Shown here one piece after another: positions 1 through 8,145 of a stretch of DNA of 32,389 nt. Both the position numbers and the translations under genes were made by a program. The stretch is from Candidatus Huberarchaeum crystalense (GTDB lineage Archaea > Huberarchaeota > Huberarchaeia > Huberarchaeales > Huberarchaeaceae). The DNA lies in assembly GCA_002790315.1 (NCBI GenBank), contig PFUW01000020.1:1-32389 (forward strand). Direction: 5' to 3'. Below the pieces are notes generated by a model, which saw only the letters and a list, made by a program, of their open reading frames with translations, was not told the DNA's origin and made no database searches. The stretch's first letter is position 1; every line of letters starts with the position of its first letter.

Positions 1-225
1 AGAAATGAGTATTGATCAAATAAGATTATTTTCTACGCTTAACCTTGGAGAAGTTTTAAAAAATGTAAACATTTAATAACTTTGAAGTTTAATTAATTAA
101 TGTTAATTAATTAATGTTGGTGGCAAGAAAAAACAGAGTCGGCAATACTCATTTTTCAATAACTTTGAAAGATGGGTATTAACATCTTTATTAAGTTTTC
201 CAAAAGGCGACCCCGAAGGCAGATT

Positions 226-315
226 GCGTATAACGGCTGCGGACATACGAAGTGCGAGGCGAAGCCAAGCATTTGGGCGGAGCGAAGCATAGCCGTATGT
301 CCGCTGTTGTCCGAG
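226..315 (-). mobile_element. Integron attC-like recombination site
   Basis: GC-rich imperfect palindrome in AT-rich DNA. On the - strand it reads TCGGACAAC (R'' side, 314-306) ... GTTATAC (R' side, 234-228). Perfect 11-bp inner stem GCGGACATACG (239-249)/CGTATGTCCGC (294-304). Loop contains GCGAAGC motifs. Lies ~80 bp downstream of the stop of the last cassette gene. Confidence 0.75.
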
Positions 316-393
316 TGCGTTAGCACCGAGCAATCCGAAGGATTGCGAGAGTTCCGAACCCCCTCATGATTTTTTTTCTACTGTTTTGAAACA

Positions 394-1567
394 TCAGAAC
401 CATTCCGTGATTTTTATTTCTTTTGGAAATAGAACTTTTTTAAGCTCTCCTCCTTTATACTCGCTAATCATTGGTTTTTTGGTTATATATTTTTCAATGC
501 TCATTTCTTTCAAAAAATATTCTGTTTGAACAACCAGCTCCTCATCAAGAAGTTTTGAGTTAAATAAAATATTACGTTTTGGAATCATAAGTAAATTACG
601 TGTTTTAGCATCATAACTTGAAGTGTCTACTTTCGAATAATAATACGTAGAGGCGTCAAACACTCTAGCTTTGTGTTTTCTCAATTCAACAAGCTCTTCT
701 TTACTCAAAGGAGTTCCTATAGGCCTAGGCGGTTCTCTGTTTACCCCAACCAAGTTCGATCCAATTATTGATGCTATAATATCAGATGATGGAGTTTTAT
801 CGCTTTTTGGGTTTGAAATTATTTCTCTCTTTATATTCGTAGAGAAGGTAATAATATCATCTAATCTCCCATTGCTATCAACCTCCCTGAGAAAAGCCCT
901 TATTCGCGCTATTTTTGGTTTGGTAACAGCAGCTCCCTCAAAGTCGAACCAGATATTAAGGAACTCCTTTTTGATGTATTCTTTTACCAACCGTTTAATA
1001 TCATCTATTCCAAACTTTAAAGATACTGGAACAAATACCGGTTTTTTGTTTTTATAATCAAGGAGATGATAAACTTCTCCCACAAATTTTAGATACTTAT
1101 CTATGGTTATGATTGGTAGTTTTTTCTTCGTTATTATATCATACCTCTCGATTTTTATATTTGGAATAAGTGCTATCGGTGCTGAGAATGTGTAGTAATA
1201 CTCAAAATAACCTGAAATTTTTTCAATGTGGTTAAATTCCGTATATGGATTAAACCTGAATGTTTGGGAAATAATATATGGGTATTTGTCCATCCATTCT
1301 TCAAAACCAAATAATTTCTTAATCTGTTTATCTTCTCTTTCAGATAATACACGGTTAATAGTGGCGATGTCTACTAATTTAGAATGTTCAAAAATAACTC
1401 TTGGAAAGTTTTTTCCTTCTTTGATAAAAAGTTCTTTTGTCAGGCTTTTTTGCGTCTATTGTTTTAATAGGTCTGTCTATGTCTAACGTTCCGATTCTGA
1501 ACCGCTTCACATTAAAGTCTGACTTTTTATCACTAATGCACTCTTTTATCTCTATATTTTTAACCAT
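394..1567 (-). pseudogene. Frameshifted ~390-aa TIM-barrel protein, tRNA-guanine transglycosylase (TGT)-like, divergent
   Basis: ATG at 1567 with SD GAGGTG, 1 nt after the PIN stop. This frame (MVKNIEIKEC...RFRIGTLDIDRPIKTIDAK) stops at 1390-1388. The frame of the 299-aa ORF is open from 1455. Removing one base of the A6 run (1446-1451) fuses them. The N-terminus and alternating beta/alpha pattern (KPVFVPV, IWFDFEG, IIGSNLVG, LFNSKLLDEE) loosely resemble the TGT fold. No DSGG motif or Zn-Cys seen. Confidence 0.55.
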
Positions 1568-1568
1568 A

Positions 1569-2114
1569 TCAACACCTCTTTATTTCCTCCATGATTTGAT
1601 CTACTATATCGCCTTTGACCCTAAATCTTGATTTCTTTATTAAGTTCAAGATAGATATTGCTTCATCTTTAGAAAAAATTTTGTATGTACAACAAGAAAG
1701 TTTCACGAAACCTATTGTCCCGGTAACCTTTGTTGAAATATGTGGAAAGTTTCTTAGCAAAAACTTTTTTGTTTCATTATCATCCAGTATCGTTATAAAT
1801 CTGATGTTGAAAAGATATAAAATGTATGAAATAACGATGACTTCATGTTCCCCTCTTTTTATCTCATCGAACGAGAATAATGGTCTGAGTATCTCACCGT
1901 AATTATAGTATACGAAAATTTGAATGCGTGCTCCCACTACTTTTTCTATCATAGGATAGTTAGATGAATTTATAATTTCTTTTTTTATCAGTGGCCCGCT
2001 AACAAATTTGAATGTTTCGTAACTCAACATTCGAATAAAATATTGAGGTTTGTTTATGTCATCTAAAAAACAAATATAAAAGCTACTATCTGGAACTATA
2101 GTAACTTCAACCAT
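1569..2114 (-). CDS. PIN-domain nuclease (DUF3368-like)
   Basis: PIN acidic motifs: IVPDSSFYI, IKKEI, RGEHEVI, ILDD, VTGTIG. Start overlaps the upstream stop. Confidence 0.8.
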   Translation of the reverse strand: MVEVTIVPDSSFYICFLDDINKPQYFIRMLSYETFKFVSGPLIKKEIINSSNYPMIEKVVGARIQIFVYYNYGEILRPLFSFDEIKRGEHEVIVISYILYLFNIRFITILDDNETKKFLLRNFPHISTKVTGTIGFVKLSCCTYKIFSKDEAISILNLIKKSRFRVKGDIVDQIMEEIKRC

Positions 2115-2667
2115 TATACTTCACTAACTCTTTATATCTTCCTTCGGTAATTATCCATTTTTCCAGCAATCTTCTTGCTATTTCTTCTCTTTTTTGTGGT
2201 AAGAGGAGCTCGTCCGAAATCCTTGATTTCTGTCTGTACTCTGGATAAGTTGTATATACCAAAAATAGAAGTTCTTCTTTGGATAATTTATCGTATAATT
2301 CCCTAATCATTTTCATCATACCAAGCATTTCTTTAAATTTTGGCTCATCTGAGTGATCTTTCACAAGATTATCATAGTCTTTTTTTCCTTTAGAAGTAAG
2401 CCAACTTTTACCTTCCCGATCACGCTGATAAGCGCCAATATGATATACGGGGTTATTTATTAGGTCAGCAGTATCTACTGAGTATGGCCCTTCATAATGT
2501 TTTTCAAAAACAATAAAATTTGCAATTTTTGGGTTGGCTTGAGAGAGAATAAAGAGCTCTTTTTGTAGATGCTCAAGCGAGGGGACAGGCCTATCTACCA
2601 CTCCTAAAAGCAATATGATATATCGCTCTATTACTTCAATCTCTGTTAGTTCTTCTTTTTCACTCAT
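2107..2667 (-). CDS. Panacea/SocA (DUF4065)/YwgA-like winged-helix protein, putative antitoxin
   Basis: Motifs HLQKELFIL, FEKHYEGPYS, WLTSKGK, LLFLVYTTYPEY. SD GGTGA upstream. Confidence 0.65.
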   Translation of the reverse strand: MSEKEELTEIEVIERYIILLLGVVDRPVPSLEHLQKELFILSQANPKIANFIVFEKHYEGPYSVDTADLINNPVYHIGAYQRDREGKSWLTSKGKKDYDNLVKDHSDEPKFKEMLGMMKMIRELYDKLSKEELLFLVYTTYPEYRQKSRISDELLLPQKREEIARRLLEKWIITEGRYKELVKYNG

Positions 2668-2688
2668 TTTTCATCACCTTCTATTACC

Positions 2689-2829
2689 TTAACCAAGAAT
2701 GGGATTTAATCTTCCCATTTTGTTCCTCTCATTACTTGTTACTCTGGAGATACGAACTTTAAAAACCTCTAATACACTTTTTCCGTCTGCGATTATTCTT
2801 ACTTTGTTGTCAACAAGATATGCATCCAT
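2689..2829 (-). CDS. Small (46 aa) ORF, possibly a damaged AbrB/DUF2080-like DNA-binding protein
   Basis: SD GGAGTG then ATG: MDAYLVDNKVRIIADGKSVLEVFKVRISRVTSNERNKMGRLNPILG*. An alternative frame LVKVIEGDEK* ends in ATGA overlapping the next start, suggesting an internal indel. Below the ORF-track cutoff. Confidence 0.4.
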   Translation of the reverse strand: MDAYLVDNKVRIIADGKSVLEVFKVRISRVTSNERNKMGRLNPILG

Positions 2830-2847
2830 ATCATTACACTCCTATAG

Positions 2848-2945
2848 CGGGGTTCGGAATTTCGGACAACTTCGGTATATCCGACATTAATGTCGTATAT
2901 TCATACATTTTAGGATTATATCCGAAACTTACGTCGCATATATCA
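2848..2945 (-). promoter_or_regulatory. Putative attI-like site
   Basis: Core GTTGTCC (2870-2864) preceded by two related imperfect palindromes about 41 bp apart (ATATCCGACATTAATGTCGTATAT at 2877-2900; TATATCCGAAACTTACGTCGCATATA at 2917-2942), directly 3' of the integrase relic. Confidence 0.5.
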
Positions 2946-2960
2946 CCCTCTGACAGACTG

Positions 2961-3113
2961 CTAATCTTCATCCCCTTCCACCTCCTTCATCATATCTGAT
3001 TTCTTCATTATTAAATCTAAAGGGCTTTTTATCTTACCCAAATCNNNNNNNNNNNNNNNNNNNNCATGTGTGTATATTTCCGTATTCTTTGAAATTGTGT
3101 GTTCAAGTAGATC
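2961..3113 (-). pseudogene. C-terminal relic of a tyrosine recombinase (integron-integrase/XerD-like)
   Basis: DLLEHTISKNTEIYTH[gap]DLGKIKSPLD matches the box II consensus LLGHxSxKTTEIYTHV...IKSPLD including the catalytic Tyr. Upstream sequence is not integrase-like. N-gap at 3045-3064. Confidence 0.75.
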
Positions 3114-3609
3114 TTTATTAATGATTTTTATTAGTTTCGTGCCTACAAACCTTAAGAAGTTTTTATTATAATACATATTTTATTTTATTATATTTGCTGT
3201 ATTTTTTGAATATTATTTCTTTTAGTAAAGATACTTAAAATCTCCTTGTTTTTTGCAGTTTTTCAGAATTAGTAAGCCACTTTTATTTTCAAAAAAAGTG
3301 CTAAAATCCCACAATCTACAAATAATTATTGCTGTTGCAAAATCATTAAATTTATAGTTCATTTGCCAACCATCCTTAGCTTTTTATTAATAAATATCTG
3401 GTTAATTGGGCTTTGTTCAGCCAGTTAAAAAATAAATTATAAGCATTCATATATCTAATTTGTTTGTGAAAACAAGTAATTACACACAAAACTAGGCGCG
3501 CGCTTTATTAAATTTATTGAAAAAATAAGTGTTAAAGTTAGTTAATAAAATATATCTAAAATAAATCATAGATAAAATTAAAATAGCCTGAATTTAGATT
3601 TGCTTTGAA

Positions 3610-3882
3610 TTAAAATATCTTTTCTTTAAGCTTTTGCTCATCAACTATAATATAATCGCCAACATTAATTATAGTATTATATGGGATTACACTTTTTCCA
3701 TTTTCTTTTTCCAAGTCTAAATTTATAGCATATGCGCTTTGGTTTGTTAATACTAATTTGATAAGTTCGCCTGTTTGCACAACAAAAATAATATTATCAA
3801 CATCACCTAATCTATATCCTTTGTTTGTGATAACTACTTTGTTAAATAGAGCCTTAGATTTTATTGGTTCATCTTTTGCCAT
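3610..3882 (-). CDS. PRC-barrel domain protein (archaeal CdpB-like cell division candidate)
   Basis: LFNKVVITNKGYRLGDVDNIIF...TGEL...IPYNTIINVGDYIIV is the PRC-barrel signature. Confidence 0.85.
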   Translation of the reverse strand: MAKDEPIKSKALFNKVVITNKGYRLGDVDNIIFVVQTGELIKLVLTNQSAYAINLDLEKENGKSVIPYNTIINVGDYIIVDEQKLKEKIF

Positions 3883-4044
3883 AATGTATTTAGTAAGATA
3901 TTTAAAAGAGGTTTAAAAAGAGCAATCTACAATAAAATATATCAATAATTGTATTTAACAAAACCAATACAAATTTCCTTTTAAACAAAATCTCTAAAAT
4001 AAAGTACTACACTAAATATATCTTGGTGGTAGGAGATTAAAACA

Positions 4045-4689
4045 ATGAAAATCGAACAAGCAATTGCGGAAATGAAAAAGAACGTAGGTAAGCGAAATTT
4101 TGTCCAAAGTTATGATGTTGTTTTTCTTTTGCAGAATATTGATGTTAAAAAGCCAGATCAACGTATAAAACTTGAAGTCATACTTCCTCATTCACCTTTT
4201 AAAAAACCGCACTCACTCGCAGTAATCGCAAAAACAACAACAAATCTAGGAAAAATATCTTATCAGCAGGGCTTAGATGTTATTGAGCCAATATATTTAG
4301 AAAGCATTGCACAAGACAAAAAAAAAATAAAGCACTTGGCTAATAAGTTTGATGCGTTTTTGTGCGATGTTGTAGAAGTAAGAACAATGGCGCGCATACT
4401 TGGTGCATTTTTAGGCCCTAAAAATAAAATGCCATTAATGGTTTCAGGAGCAGAAGCAAATCTTGCACAACATATTAAAAAAATAAGCAGAATCGTGCGA
4501 CTTTCAACAGGAATGCAAATGCAACTGCAAACTCTTTTTGGCTATGAAAAAATGGATGATTCACAGCTTATTGAAAATTTTAATGCAGTTGTAGCAGCTG
4601 TTCTCGCAAAACTACCAAAAGGCCGCACACAACTCAAAAAAGTGTTTATTAAACAAACAATGGCTGCGCCAGTAGCAGTGGAGATATAA
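4045..4689 (+). CDS. rpl1: 50S ribosomal protein uL1
   Basis: KRNFVQSYD, VILPH, LGAFLGPKNKMP, KLPKG, IKQTM; SD AGGAG. Confidence 0.95.
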   Translation: MKIEQAIAEMKKNVGKRNFVQSYDVVFLLQNIDVKKPDQRIKLEVILPHSPFKKPHSLAVIAKTTTNLGKISYQQGLDVIEPIYLESIAQDKKKIKHLANKFDAFLCDVVEVRTMARILGAFLGPKNKMPLMVSGAEANLAQHIKKISRIVRLSTGMQMQLQTLFGYEKMDDSQLIENFNAVVAAVLAKLPKGRTQLKKVFIKQTMAAPVAVEI

Positions 4690-4739
4690 AATGATATTAA
4701 AATATCTATATTTTAATACTTTTTTTTTAGGAGGAAAAA

Positions 4740-5612
4740 ATGCCTAAAAAAATTGCTCTTAAAAAAATAAACAAGGAAGCAAAATCAAAACAACTTGAAA
4801 CACTGGAAAAAGAAATATTGCAATACTCAACAATTGCCATTATTGATATTGAAAATCTAATATCTGAGCAAATTATGAATCTTAGAAAAGCAATTAAAGG
4901 CAAAGAAATCTTGATTTTTGGAGGAAGAAAAAATCTGTTAATAAATGTCTTGAACAAAGCAGGCAACAAAACAGCAGTGCAAATGCTTAAGCAAAATAAA
5001 ACAAAATCACTTTTTGCGTTTTCAAATAAAAACCCATTTGCTCTTACTTTATTATTAGATAAAGAAATGCAACCAGCACCTGCAAAAGAAGGTGCAAAGG
5101 CATTAGATGATGTTGTTATACTAAAAGGAAAGACCAACCAAAAACCAGGCCCTGCAATCTCTTCTTTCACGCAAGCAGGTGTAAAAACACGAATAGAACA
5201 AGGATTTATTGCTGTAAAAGATGAAACAACTGTGACAAAAAAAGGAGATGTTGTGTCAGCAGCTGTTATAAAACTCCTAACAATGCTTGGTATTAAACCA
5301 TTTAAACAAGGATTTTACATAAAACAAGCAGTAACCAACAACCAACTCTTTGATGGTGAGGTTTTACATATTGATATTATTGGTTTTGCGAACAATATAT
5401 TATTTGCTGTTAAAAGGGCGAACAGTTTGTGTGTTAGTGCTGGAATTCCAACACCCTACTCTGTAAAAATACATATGCAAAAAGCAGCAAGAAACGCAAA
5501 AGCATTGGCATTAGGTATTGAACTTGTGACTCCTGATACACTTCCTATTTTATTGGCAAAGGCAAACTCTTCGGCAAAATCAATTCAAACAAAAATAGAG
5601 AATGTTTCTTAA
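4740..5612 (+). CDS. rpl10: 50S ribosomal protein uL10 (P0)
   Basis: NPFAL, PAPAKEG, PGPAISSF, LLTMLGIKP; follows rpl1; SD AGGAGG. Confidence 0.92.
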   Translation: MPKKIALKKINKEAKSKQLETLEKEILQYSTIAIIDIENLISEQIMNLRKAIKGKEILIFGGRKNLLINVLNKAGNKTAVQMLKQNKTKSLFAFSNKNPFALTLLLDKEMQPAPAKEGAKALDDVVILKGKTNQKPGPAISSFTQAGVKTRIEQGFIAVKDETTVTKKGDVVSAAVIKLLTMLGIKPFKQGFYIKQAVTNNQLFDGEVLHIDIIGFANNILFAVKRANSLCVSAGIPTPYSVKIHMQKAARNAKALALGIELVTPDTLPILLAKANSSAKSIQTKIENVS

Positions 5613-5619
5613 AAATAAT

Positions 5620-5847
5620 ATGCATATTAAAATGAAAGATTTGAAAATGCTTGACAAAATAGAGTTGGCGAAAAAGCAAAAAAACCTTAGTGATGAGATT
5701 TTAAAATTAAGAACTCAAGCAGCAGCAGGAGCTAAACTTGAAAAACCAAAAAAAATTCGTGAAATAAAAAAAGATATTGCGAGGATTTTAACTTTTCAAA
5801 ATCAAGTAAAGAAAATAAAAGAAAAAGAAACAAAGAAAAATGAGTAA
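5620..5847 (+). CDS. rpl29: 50S ribosomal protein uL29
   Basis: KIREIKKDIARILT motif. The ATG at 5620 avoids overlap with rpl10. Confidence 0.9.
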   Translation: MHIKMKDLKMLDKIELAKKQKNLSDEILKLRTQAAAGAKLEKPKKIREIKKDIARILTFQNQVKKIKEKETKKNE

Positions 5848-6151
5848 AATTTGCTCTATTTGTGGTTTGCCTGAAGAGTTGTGTGTTTGCAAAAAACCAT
5901 CAACTAATGTGCAACATATTATAGCTAGAACTGAAATAAGGCAATATGGCAAGGTTATAACAATTATTGATGGATTTGACAAAACATTGGATTTAAAAGG
6001 CCTTGTTAGACAATTAAAAACAAAATTCGCATGCGGCGGAAGTTTTGACAAAGAAAAGAGAGCAATTGAACTTCAAGGCAACCACACAGCGAAGATAAAA
6101 CAAGAGCTGATTCGCATGGGTTTTTCTGAACAAAACATACAACTTATATAA
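5840..6151 (+). CDS. sui1: Translation initiation factor aIF1/SUI1
   Basis: CSICGLPEELCVC, YGKVITIIDG, LKTKFACGGS, IELQGNH. Confidence 0.95.
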   Translation: MSKICSICGLPEELCVCKKPSTNVQHIIARTEIRQYGKVITIIDGFDKTLDLKGLVRQLKTKFACGGSFDKEKRAIELQGNHTAKIKQELIRMGFSEQNIQLI

Positions 6152-6223
6152 TTTTAATTAATATCTCAACAACAAATTTGCGCGCATTTAACTTATCAAA
6201 CCCAAAACTTTAATATATATATT

Positions 6224-6598
6224 ATGGAAAAAGAAATTGTTCTTAAACAATTCAACGGGCTGTTACACATTCCACCTATTACTGTGTGGAAAGGTATTGT
6301 AACAATTACAAATAAAAGGATCTTGTTTCGCGCCTCATTATCAGAAGAAGTATTGGCAAGAGCACCATTGCATGATTATATGCTATGGCATATGAAAGTT
6401 CATCCAACAATTGAAGGAAAAAATAAGCGAAGAGTGGCTTTTGATTATAATTATATTCTTGAAAACAAAACAAAAACAGTATATCTTGGAGTTAATAAGC
6501 CACAAGATTCTCAGGAAATTTTAGATCTGTTGCTAAAACTAACTGCTGAAAATAGGATAGAAAAGCAGATTAGTGAAAAAGGGGCGAAAATATGCTAA
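6224..6598 (+). CDS. Hypothetical protein, possible PH/GRAM-like fold
   Basis: 124-aa ORF with the GIVTITNKRILF motif typical of bacterial PH-like domains. Confidence 0.55.
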   Translation: MEKEIVLKQFNGLLHIPPITVWKGIVTITNKRILFRASLSEEVLARAPLHDYMLWHMKVHPTIEGKNKRRVAFDYNYILENKTKTVYLGVNKPQDSQEILDLLLKLTAENRIEKQISEKGAKIC

Positions 6599-6717
6599 AA
6601 GGAGTTATGAAAAAAGATGGTTCTGGAAAGGGGCGCGGACAATCTGGAAAAGGTTGTGATGAGAGACCACGAATGAGAAAAGGAGCAAATAGACCTGCTC
6701 TCTGTTCCACAAAATAA
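6592..6717 (+). CDS. Small basic Gly/Lys/Arg-rich protein (41 aa)
   Basis: MLKGVMKKDGSGKGRGQSGKGCDERPRMRKGANRPALCSTK. Start overlaps the upstream stop and the composition is coding-like. Not in the ORF track. Confidence 0.5.
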   Translation: MLKGVMKKDGSGKGRGQSGKGCDERPRMRKGANRPALCSTK

Positions 6718-6843
6718 TTGGCAATAAAATTACTTAAAAATATATTTTAACCACAAGAAGGCAAAGATTATTTTAAAGGAAATTTGATCATCTTAAAAAA
6801 GTGCGTTAGTTAGACAAACCGCTATTCTGTTGCATTCCTTAGC

Positions 6844-6916
6844 ATTATCTCAAATCTTAAAATTTATCAAAACTACAATATTATTATCTCAAATCTTAAA
6901 ATTTATCAAAACTACA
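6844..6916. repeat. 34-bp direct repeat x2 (5-bp spacer), abutting N-gap
   Basis: ATTATCTCAAATCTTAAAATTTATCAAAACTACA at 6844-6877 and 6883-6916. Confidence 0.9.
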
Positions 6917-6941
6917 NNNNNNNNNNNNNTTTAAATACATT

Positions 6942-8075
6942 ATGAATACTCAACAAAAGTTTGATTTAATTGTGCGCAACACAGAAGAGATTATAACCAA
7001 AGAAGACCTAAAAAATCTACTAAAAAACAACGAGAAACTAAATCACTATATTGGATTTGAAATTTCAGGAAAAATTCATATAGGAACTGGTTTAATGTGC
7101 ATGTCAAAAGTCAAGGATTTTATGGATGCAGGAGTTGATTGCGCGATTTTTTTGGCTGATTGGCATAGTTGGATAAATGACAAACTCGGTGGTGATATGG
7201 CAAAAATACAAAGTGTGGCTGTTGGATATTTTAAAGAAGGAATAAAAGCAAGTTTCAAATGTGTTGGCGGCGATCCAACTAAATTAAAATTTATTTTGGG
7301 TTCTGAACTTTACTACAATAATAATAAATATTGGGCAACAATGGTCGAAGTTAGCAAAAACACCACATTGTCAAGAATTAATAGAAGCATAAGTATTTTG
7401 GGGCGAAAAGAAGGAGACGCAGTTGATTTTGCTAAACTATTATATCCACCAATGCAAGTAGCAGACATTTTTAGTTTGGGTGTTAATTTACCTCACGCAG
7501 GACTTGATCAACGAAAAGCGCAAGTTATTGGTCGTGATGTTGCACTAAAATTAAAAATAAATCCTTTGCTTAATAAAAACAGAAACAAAATAAAGCCAGT
7601 TGCTGTTCACCATCACTTAATTTTAGGTCTTGGAAAGCCGCCTGTTTGGCCTGTGCCAAAAGACCGGTTACAAGAATTATGGTCATTATTGAAAATGAGC
7701 AAATCAAAGCCCAAAACATGTATATTTATTCACGATTCGCCAGAAGATATTAGAATAAAAATAAAAGAGGCGTTTTGTCCTGAAGGTGAAACAGAGTTTA
7801 ACCCTCTTTTAGATTGGGTAAAATATTTGATTTTTAAAGATAAAGATTCAAAACTCCAAATAAAGAGGCCAGAAAAGTTTGGCGGAAACAAAATATACAC
7901 TTCCTACAGCGATTTAGAAACAGATTTTGCGCAAAAAAATCTTCATCCTTTGGATTTAAAATTAGCTGTTGCTGAAAAAATAATTGAAATTTTGGAGCCA
8001 GCAAGAGAACATTTTAAAAAGCCAAAAGTTAAAGCAATGCTTGATGAGTTAGAAAAGATGATGATAACGCGATAA
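6942..8075 (+). CDS. tyrS: Tyrosine--tRNA ligase (archaeal type)
   Basis: YIGFEISGKIHIG, LADWH, YPPMQVADIF, GLDQRK, KMSKS, LHPLDLK. Confidence 0.95.
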   Translation: MNTQQKFDLIVRNTEEIITKEDLKNLLKNNEKLNHYIGFEISGKIHIGTGLMCMSKVKDFMDAGVDCAIFLADWHSWINDKLGGDMAKIQSVAVGYFKEGIKASFKCVGGDPTKLKFILGSELYYNNNKYWATMVEVSKNTTLSRINRSISILGRKEGDAVDFAKLLYPPMQVADIFSLGVNLPHAGLDQRKAQVIGRDVALKLKINPLLNKNRNKIKPVAVHHHLILGLGKPPVWPVPKDRLQELWSLLKMSKSKPKTCIFIHDSPEDIRIKIKEAFCPEGETEFNPLLDWVKYLIFKDKDSKLQIKRPEKFGGNKIYTSYSDLETDFAQKNLHPLDLKLAVAEKIIEILEPAREHFKKPKVKAMLDELEKMMITR

Positions 8076-8145
8076 GTTGTTGGATTAGAAAATACTAACA
8101 TTGATGTTATAGTGTGTAAAGCGCTCTTAAATATTTAAAAATCTT

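Larger units (their letters stand above)
234..2869 (-). mobile_element. Putative integron gene cassette (~2.64 kb, 3-4 genes)
   Basis: Begins (- strand) at G|TTGTCCGA (2870-2862), the exact complement of TCGGACAAC (314-306) in the downstream attC, as expected for an integrated cassette. All internal genes point toward attC. Confidence 0.7.

Noticed and set aside
103-369. ORFs 103..333 (-) and 172..369 (+)
   Set aside because: They run through the GC-rich attC hairpin, which suppresses stops; no protein motifs.
1445-1451. Programmed -1 frameshift at A_AAA_AAG
   Set aside because: Joining the two frames needs +1 (or -2), not -1.
3114-3176. N-terminal part of ORF 2961..3176 as a genuine small protein
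   Set aside because: AT-rich and not integrase-like; only the C-terminal part matches a recombinase.
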